Positions 57,393 through 64,000 of a DNA stretch of 64,000 bases are shown piece after piece (position 1 is the first letter of the stretch; each line of letters starts with the position of its first letter). The position numbers and the translations under genes were made by a program. Under the pieces are notes generated by a model. It searched no databases, was not told the origin of the DNA, and saw only the letters and a program-made list of their open reading frames with translations. This DNA is from Candidatus Woesearchaeota archaeon (GTDB lineage: Archaea; Nanobdellota; Nanobdellia; Woesearchaeales; SKGA01): the NCBI GenBank assembly GCA_016926395.1, contig JAFGOT010000014.1, forward strand, positions 1 to 64,000. The letters are read 5' to 3'.

Positions 57393-57812
57393 ATGAGGAG
57401 GGTGAGATCTAGTTCTGGTCAGGTGGCAATGGAGTACTTGATAGTATTCTTGATGGCTTTTTTTATGACCATGCCTCTTATAATAATCTTTTACACGCAA
57501 TCAAATAACTTTGAAGACGATATTTCTGTGGCTCAAGCAAATAAATTAACTTCAGAACTAATCGATGCTGCAGAAGAAGTTTATTTTCTTGGGAGTCCAT
57601 CTCAAAAAACGGTTGATGTGACGTTTCCAAATGGATTGCAAGAAATAACCATTGAATCAAATTCGCTCATATTAAACATGACATCAAAAGGAGATGACTA
57701 TTTGGTTTATGGAGATACTTTGGTTAATTTAACGGGTATTTTACGAACAAGCCCGGGAAGAAGACCGGTAAAAGTTGTTGCGACAGGAACTGGAGTTCAA
57801 ATAACTGATTAA
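57393..57812 (+). CDS. Minor pilin-like protein
   Basis: SGQ^VAMEYLIVF class III signal. Confidence 0.82.
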   Translation: MRRVRSSSGQVAMEYLIVFLMAFFMTMPLIIIFYTQSNNFEDDISVAQANKLTSELIDAAEEVYFLGSPSQKTVDVTFPNGLQEITIESNSLILNMTSKGDDYLVYGDTLVNLTGILRTSPGRRPVKVVATGTGVQITD

Positions 57813-57842
57813 TGAAATGCTCTTCTTCCAAGTTTTAAGAAA

Positions 57843-58253
57843 ATGATACATACTAAAAAAGCACAAGTTTCGATAGAATTTATCATTCTTTTAACGATGA
57901 GTGTCTTTATGATAATAACTTTTATGATTGCAATAAAACATGTATCTGATCAAAAATTATTAAAAAAAACATTAAACGAACTAGATGACTTGGGCAAGAG
58001 TGTTCAACAAGAATTGATGCTTGCATCACAATTAAATGATGGTTATGTTCGAGAAATATACATTCCAGCAAGGCTTTATGGAGTGGATTATTCTCTAAAT
58101 ACAAGCGCAGTCTCTGGAACGGTGATGTATCTAAATATTTACTACGAAGGTGTTGAATTATTTTATTTAATTCCCTACATACAAGGAGATGTAAAAACAG
58201 GACTTAACACAATATCAAAAAATAACAATACGGTAATGGTATCTCAAACATGA
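57843..58253 (+). CDS. Minor pilin-like protein
   Basis: KKAQ^VSIEFIILL class III signal. Confidence 0.82.
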   Translation: MIHTKKAQVSIEFIILLTMSVFMIITFMIAIKHVSDQKLLKKTLNELDDLGKSVQQELMLASQLNDGYVREIYIPARLYGVDYSLNTSAVSGTVMYLNIYYEGVELFYLIPYIQGDVKTGLNTISKNNNTVMVSQT

Positions 58254-58759
58254 TGAAACGAAAAGGACAAGTGTTTACACTGGATTTTTTTATTGGCTTA
58301 TTTGCATTCATTGTATTATTAGTTATAGGTTTTACACAATTATTTTCTTTCTTACCAAATTCTGATTTTAAACAATTATATGGTGATGCAACTTATTTAT
58401 CAAATGTTTTAGTCGATTCAGGTTATCCTACTTATTGGAATTCAACAAACGTTCTTCTTCCAGGACTCGCTGACAATCATCGATTAAATGTTACTAAATT
58501 ACACGAGTTCGAAAATATTTCTTATACTAACAGTAAATTATTATTTCATATCACTTCTGAATATGTTTTCTTTTTCAAGAATCAAACGGATTATTTGAAT
58601 TTATCAAATTGTACTTATGGCTATCCAATATCTGTTAACATAACTAGTTGTGAGCCTAATTTATTATCTTTTAATTATAAAAACTTAGTAAAAACTCAAA
58701 GACTATTGGCTTATGATGGGAACATTGTGACAATGGTGATTTACACGTGGAAAAGATGA
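58250..58759 (+). CDS. Minor pilin-like protein
   Basis: RKGQ^VFTLDFFIG class III signal. Confidence 0.8.
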   Translation: MMKRKGQVFTLDFFIGLFAFIVLLVIGFTQLFSFLPNSDFKQLYGDATYLSNVLVDSGYPTYWNSTNVLLPGLADNHRLNVTKLHEFENISYTNSKLLFHITSEYVFFFKNQTDYLNLSNCTYGYPISVNITSCEPNLLSFNYKNLVKTQRLLAYDGNIVTMVIYTWKR

Positions 58760-61428
58760 ATAATAAAGGAATATACTACTCAATGGATGCTTTATTAGCA
58801 GGACTTCTATTTGTAGGTGTAATTTTATTATTATTTCAAAACAGTTTTTATGAACCAAATACTGATCAACAAAATTTCTTGTCCCAGGATTTATTAGCAT
58901 CACTTGGATCGATAACTTTAGGAGAATCAAATTATCCGATGATTACTGCAGAATTATCTTCAGGGCAATATGTTGATGCTAACAACACCGTACTTGAGCT
59001 TATTGGAATTTATTGGGCATTAAATCAAACGCAAAATGCAACAAAGATTATAACTCGCTTTGTAAATGGAACCGTTCCAGATCAACTTTACTTACAACTA
59101 AATCTCGATGGTGATGACTTGTATCCATACCAAAACTCAACAACTCCAACAAACATAATTGGTGGGCGGAGAATGATAACTGGAATCGCGCAAGGAAAAC
59201 CTTTAACTGGTTTTAGTTCTTCAGCATATTTAAAAAAAGTACGAAACAAAAAAACATCTTCTTATGCTTATTTTGGAGGATATTATGCTCAAGGAAATAT
59301 TTCAACAACACTAAATCTTCCAAGTGACTTTTCATCATCAAGAATAATTTCTGCTCGAATAAATATTGAAACTCCTGGAACATTTGATTTGCTGATAAAT
59401 GGCAATGTTTGCTTAAATGACGTAACTGGTTTAACAACAACTGTTACGTCATGGGATTTAATAAATTGTAATTCTAGCTTTAAACCAAACAAAAATAATA
59501 TTTCATTTATTTATTCAAGTGAACTTAATGTATCTGCAATATCTGGTGGTTTAATAAAAGTAACATACACAACAGACACCTTAAAAGAAATAATTCCAAC
59601 AGGGTATAAAAGATATTACTTGCCAGAAATTCAAGGATTCATAAACGTTTATGACGCTTTCTCTGCGCAAGGATTAATTGATTCTTGGAATTTGAATATG
59701 ACTTTTTACAACGAATACGATACTTTTGTGACTATAGGAAATGAAACCATTTTTATCGCACCTGGAAGTAATACAACACAAAACATATTTTTCTCAAGAA
59801 ATAATGCATCCTTGCCACCAACAGAAATTCCACTAAGGGTTGGAACAACAAATCTTTCAAACATAACAATTGTTCAATCAGGTGATCCATCTGACTCGTT
59901 TTTAGTAACTGATGTATCTGGAAGTATGGATGATTGTGGATTATATTATACAGAAAATGTTACCTATTGTGGTTATGATTATAAATTTTGGTTCTGGTGG
60001 ACTTACACTGAGTGTCCTTATACAGGATCATGTGTTTCAAATGAATGTGGAGGATCTACAACGACTCAAAACCATGTTATTTATGATAAAACAGTTTCAA
60101 CTTGTAACAAAACTTTGATGGAGTTAGCAAAAGAAGCTGATGATTTATTTGTTGATGTGGTTCTTGGAAACTCAACGTTAAATGAAATTGGATTGATAGA
60201 TTTTTCAACTAATGCTAATACTCCAACTGATCTTACAAACATTCCAGGTGTATTGCACAGCGAAATATCAACTTATTCTGCAGGAGGAAATACTTGTACT
60301 TGTTGTGGTATAAATAGAGCAAAAGATTTGCTTTTATCTTCAGATGATGATAAGTTTATGGTTGTACTAAGTGATGGAGAGCCAACCGCTTACTGTAATG
60401 GATTTAGTGATTATACTGGTTCAACTGGAGATAACACTCAGGCAAGAAATGATGCTATTGCGTCTGGACAAGAAGCTTGTGCAAATAACATAACTGTTTA
60501 TACAATTGGATTTGGAGAGGGAATGTCTGCTCAAGGACATGATATAATGAGACAAATAGCTTGTAATGATTCATTATATTATAATGCTTCTAATGCTGGA
60601 GACTTAGCAGAAATTTATGAAAATATTTCTCAAGATATTTTAGTTGCAGCAAATTATTCATCACAAACAATAAACATAGTTGGAAATTTTACAATCGCAA
60701 ATTTATCAAAAGATTCATACATTGATTTGTACTACACACCTATTGTCCAAGAAGATAATCAAGGTAAATTATCGATGGTGTTTGAATCAGCTCCATTTGG
60801 TGGTTGCACATCGTCTGTAAGCATACCAGGAGGGGTGTTAATTGAGGATGCATATGTAACCTCTTTCTCAAGTAATCATTGGACGAAAAAATTAGATGTA
60901 AATGGTATTAATGTATTTAATTTATCGGAGTATGGATCTGATTATACTTTACTTGGGGATCCTTTCATCATACAAGTTCCATCTGCAGTTTTAATTCCTG
61001 GAGCAACGAATAACTTTACACTTGAAGTTGGCGATAACCCTGTTAACATTTCAAGTTGTTCACCAAATAATACTTTTATCTACACTGCTTTAATTAATGC
61101 TTCAACACCGCGAGGAGAAACTTATGAAGAACATGAAGGTTGTACTTGGATTGTAGAATCTGAAACAGGAAAAAATTCCACTATAAAAATTCCTAAAGAT
61201 TATTCAGGTCCAAATAATTGTTCGTATACTTCCGCAAGCATTAGTTATAATGTATTAGATGCATACGACTCTGCGACTCACTTCTTATTATCGCAATTAG
61301 ATCCTGACAATAATGGAAAAATAATTGTTGACTTAGCAGAATCAGATTTAGAAATAACAATAACTTTGGTTAGTGGAATTCCATATCTTTGGGGTCCCAC
61401 TCTTGTAGGAACTCAAGTAGGTAGTTAA
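58756..61428 (+). CDS. Large pilin-like protein with vWA domain (putative pilus tip adhesin)
   Basis: KG^IYYSMDALL class III-type signal; MIDAS DVSGSM, T, LSDGEP; ATG 58756 overlaps the upstream TGA. Confidence 0.82.
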   Translation: MNNKGIYYSMDALLAGLLFVGVILLLFQNSFYEPNTDQQNFLSQDLLASLGSITLGESNYPMITAELSSGQYVDANNTVLELIGIYWALNQTQNATKIITRFVNGTVPDQLYLQLNLDGDDLYPYQNSTTPTNIIGGRRMITGIAQGKPLTGFSSSAYLKKVRNKKTSSYAYFGGYYAQGNISTTLNLPSDFSSSRIISARINIETPGTFDLLINGNVCLNDVTGLTTTVTSWDLINCNSSFKPNKNNISFIYSSELNVSAISGGLIKVTYTTDTLKEIIPTGYKRYYLPEIQGFINVYDAFSAQGLIDSWNLNMTFYNEYDTFVTIGNETIFIAPGSNTTQNIFFSRNNASLPPTEIPLRVGTTNLSNITIVQSGDPSDSFLVTDVSGSMDDCGLYYTENVTYCGYDYKFWFWWTYTECPYTGSCVSNECGGSTTTQNHVIYDKTVSTCNKTLMELAKEADDLFVDVVLGNSTLNEIGLIDFSTNANTPTDLTNIPGVLHSEISTYSAGGNTCTCCGINRAKDLLLSSDDDKFMVVLSDGEPTAYCNGFSDYTGSTGDNTQARNDAIASGQEACANNITVYTIGFGEGMSAQGHDIMRQIACNDSLYYNASNAGDLAEIYENISQDILVAANYSSQTINIVGNFTIANLSKDSYIDLYYTPIVQEDNQGKLSMVFESAPFGGCTSSVSIPGGVLIEDAYVTSFSSNHWTKKLDVNGINVFNLSEYGSDYTLLGDPFIIQVPSAVLIPGATNNFTLEVGDNPVNISSCSPNNTFIYTALINASTPRGETYEEHEGCTWIVESETGKNSTIKIPKDYSGPNNCSYTSASISYNVLDAYDSATHFLLSQLDPDNNGKIIVDLAESDLEITITLVSGIPYLWGPTLVGTQVGS

Positions 61429-61429
61429 G

Positions 61430-62413
61430 ATGAAATTAAAGATTAAAAAAATGAACAACAAGGGATTCACATATTTAATCGCTGTATCTTTTCTAATTGC
61501 CACACTTATAGTTGTATATTTAAGCGCTACTGATTATGGATTTCAAGATCAACAAGAATTGTACAAGAACCGAATTGTTGCAATGGATAATTTTGTGAGT
61601 GACTTTAATCAAGACGTGCATCGAGCAAGTTATATTGCTTCATTTAGAACTTTACTTTCTTTAGAAGATTATGTTGCTGTCAATGGAGAATTCTTTAACA
61701 ATACTGAAGATCAATTCAAAGAAACATTTTATTATGGTCAAATAAACAGATCTGAAGCTGAACTTATGAATGGTTCTAGTTTTGAAGATTATTTATCCAG
61801 GGTTAATGTTGTGGCTGAAAAAATTGGAATACACTCAAATGTTACTGTTACAGATATAACTCTTTCACAATCTGATTTTTGGTCCATAGATGTGGTGATA
61901 ACTGCTCTTGTTAATATTACTGATAACCATAACATTGCATCTTGGAGTTTTGAAAAAAATTATTCAACAAACGTTCCAATATATGATTTAAGAGATCCTC
62001 TTTATAGTACTTTTACATTCAATCGAGTTCCAAACACAATAAGAAAACTAGATGTTCCTTACTTGGTTAATGGAACAGACACTTTTAACTTAGAAACGCA
62101 CATTAATGGTTCTTATTATCTAGAATCAACTGATGCGCCAAGTTTCCTACAAAGATTTGAAAATAATTTGAGTCCAAGTCCTTATGGTATAGAAAGTATT
62201 GTTAATGTTGGTTTAATCTCAGCCCAAGAAGTTGGTGTTTGCGAAGATTGTATCAAAGTTGATTATATGTATTTTAATGGTTTAACCGATACCAAACTTT
62301 GTGATGTTCAAAACATTAATCCAAATACTTACTTTGTAATTCCTCTAAATCAAAACGAAACTTATGAAGTTTCTAATTTGACTTTTTCTACTGGTGGAAG
62401 TTGTAATACTTAA
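61430..62413 (+). CDS. Pilin-like protein
   Basis: NKG^FTYLIAVSFL class III-type signal; C-terminal Cys residues. Confidence 0.75.
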   Translation: MKLKIKKMNNKGFTYLIAVSFLIATLIVVYLSATDYGFQDQQELYKNRIVAMDNFVSDFNQDVHRASYIASFRTLLSLEDYVAVNGEFFNNTEDQFKETFYYGQINRSEAELMNGSSFEDYLSRVNVVAEKIGIHSNVTVTDITLSQSDFWSIDVVITALVNITDNHNIASWSFEKNYSTNVPIYDLRDPLYSTFTFNRVPNTIRKLDVPYLVNGTDTFNLETHINGSYYLESTDAPSFLQRFENNLSPSPYGIESIVNVGLISAQEVGVCEDCIKVDYMYFNGLTDTKLCDVQNINPNTYFVIPLNQNETYEVSNLTFSTGGSCNT

Positions 62414-62533
62414 TTATTTTTGATAAAACCTGTTAATTTGATTTAAAGTTAGAAATAAAGAAAAATTCATTTGAACTATTGTATAGTAGTTACGCAAGAT
62501 ATATAAGAGTAATTTATCCCTTTTTTTATTAGT

Positions 62534-63679
62534 ATGAAGAATATAACGACAGGTATTGACAGATTGCTCCAGTTAGTAGAAGAGCGTAAAAAGATATCTG
62601 CTGAAACTGCCGCAAAAGAATTGAATCTTGGTAAAGATGTGATTGAAGAATGGGCAGAAATATTAGAACAAGAAAAAATAGTAAATTTATCATTCAAATT
62701 CTCAAAAATGCATATTGAAGCGAAAAAAATAACTGAGAGAACAGTATTTGATTCTGCAAAACAAATATCTTCACAAAAAGAAGCATTTCATAGAAAGATT
62801 GAGTCGACAATAAAATCAATCGACAACGAATCGGCAGGTTTTGAAGAAATAAGATCTGAGTTTGAAAAAATCCAAGGTCACATTAAAGACGAACTAGAAA
62901 CCGTAAGGAAAGAAATGAAAGAGCTAGAACATTTCGATGCCCTGAAAAAAAATATTGAGAAAGACATTCAGACACAAAAAAAAGATTACGAATTATTTAC
63001 TAAAGCTTATGATGAAGAGATGAAGACGTTTGAAAAAAATTATTCATCTTCAATTGAAAAACTAAAAAAAGAACAAGACACACTAAAAAAACTTCAGGAT
63101 TCAATAGTAGGTCTTAGAAGCGATAAACAAGAAATTGAAAAAATAATAAAAGAATCTTTACAACGATTAAAAGACGTTGAAAAGAAAGCAGATGAACAAA
63201 TAGTTGATATGAAACAAACAGAAAAAACTATTGATAAATTGAAAAAAGAAATTGATGGTCTGTCAACAAATATTAAAGTTTCACGTGCTAAGAACCTAAA
63301 AACACTTGCTAAAATTGTTGGTGAAGGAAGAGAGAGAATAACTAAAGATCATGAAAACCTTCTAAAGAATGCACAATCCAAAGTTACTGAATTAAAAGAC
63401 TATGCTGATGCTGGAGAAAAAATATACAAAAAATTCTCTGATAAATTTATGAAAAAAATCGAAACAGGAGATTTAATCTCTGAAATCGAAAAAGAAAAAA
63501 ACGACTTAAAAGATGAATTGATTGAACTTGATAAAAAAGTTCAAACTTTTAATGCACTTAAGGGGAGTGTTGAAGTAAAAGATCAATTCAAAGAAATTGA
63601 AGCAAAAATATTTTCTTATGAAGAAAAAAGACACAAACTAAGCGATAAAATAAACAAATTGCTTGGGATGATGAAGTAA
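62534..63679 (+). CDS. N-terminal winged-helix + long coiled-coil protein
   Basis: ITTGIDRLLQLV..AAKELNLG..IEEWAEILEQEKIV, then ~300 aa of K/E-rich heptads. Confidence 0.75.
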   Translation: MKNITTGIDRLLQLVEERKKISAETAAKELNLGKDVIEEWAEILEQEKIVNLSFKFSKMHIEAKKITERTVFDSAKQISSQKEAFHRKIESTIKSIDNESAGFEEIRSEFEKIQGHIKDELETVRKEMKELEHFDALKKNIEKDIQTQKKDYELFTKAYDEEMKTFEKNYSSSIEKLKKEQDTLKKLQDSIVGLRSDKQEIEKIIKESLQRLKDVEKKADEQIVDMKQTEKTIDKLKKEIDGLSTNIKVSRAKNLKTLAKIVGEGRERITKDHENLLKNAQSKVTELKDYADAGEKIYKKFSDKFMKKIETGDLISEIEKEKNDLKDELIELDKKVQTFNALKGSVEVKDQFKEIEAKIFSYEEKRHKLSDKINKLLGMMK

Positions 63680-63722
63680 TAAGAAAAGACTTAATTTATT
63701 TTTTAAAAGGGGTGGATGGTAA

Positions 63723-64000
63723 TTGCCAACTAATAAAAAAACTAAAGCTGTTAAAAAATCTACAAAGAAAACCGCTAAAAAAAGTGTTAGCAAAAATTCT
63801 AAATCAAAATCATTAGCTTCAAAAAGTAAAGCTAAACAAAAGACATCTAAGTTAGAAACAGAACACGTTGGAACTCAAACGCATGAAATTGATGACTATA
63901 AATACTTATCTGGCGATATACCTATTCGAATAACAATAAAAAAACACCCTCACGAATTTGTTCCGATATATGACTTAGAAATAGCATCTATTAGTGATAC
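63723..64000 (+). CDS. 3'-truncated gene with Lys-rich N-terminus, probably the type II/IV secretion (pilus assembly) ATPase
   Basis: TTG 8 nt after GGGGTG; MPTNKKTKAVKKSTKK...DIPIRITIKK..EFVPIYDLEIASIS. Identity inferred from position after the pilins and recalled similarity to such ATPase N-termini; the catalytic motifs lie outside the window. Confidence 0.5.
   Translation, partial: MPTNKKTKAVKKSTKKTAKKSVSKNSKSKSLASKSKAKQKTSKLETEHVGTQTHEIDDYKYLSGDIPIRITIKKHPHEFVPIYDLEIASISD

Noticed and set aside
8515-62697. About 50 short ORF-track entries overlapping longer genes (e.g. 8515-8700, 13142-13336, 15879-16253, 19563-19895, 32794-33102, 46187-46483)
   Set aside because: Antisense or alternate-frame shadows of well-supported genes; F/L/I-rich translations typical of AT-rich reverse frames; no RBS or motifs.

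Overview
AT-rich archaeal chromosomal segment, most consistent with a DPANN lineage such as Woesearchaeota. Evidence: initiator tRNA with an A1-U72 pair, GGTG(A)-type ribosome-binding sites, TATA boxes, XPD, RNase HII and many class III (pilin) signal peptides. Four blocks are visible. (1) 1-21.8 kb: a surface-structure locus in which one ~170-200 aa secreted domain recurs five times (two small stand-alone genes, the C-termini of two giant glycoproteins, the N-terminus of a 541-aa protein), wrapped around a MoxR-DUF58-vWA module. It looks like an undescribed non-type-IV filament/adhesin system. (2) 21.8-34.9 kb: housekeeping genes (truD, HAD hydrolase, adk, XPD, nitroreductase, serS), plus an orphan pilin-like gene and a 1342-aa secreted protein with a catalytically dead isochorismatase-like domain. 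(3) 34.9-41.7 kb: an accessory island with a ParB-REase fusion, a B12-domain radical SAM enzyme, a frameshifted DpnI homologue and a membrane PLD, a candidate DNA modification/restriction system. (4) 41.7-64 kb: transglutaminase, Nudix, rnhB, dus, tRNA-iMet, two APC transporter-methyltransferase fusions and a type IV pilus-like cluster (major pilin, minor pilins, vWA tip protein, truncated ATPase). I also found three micro-ORFs or fused frames missed by the ORF track, two homopolymer frameshifts, one in-frame TGA, three probable ATT/ATA starts and a dispersed structured intergenic motif. All family calls come from motif recognition by eye; no database search was run.
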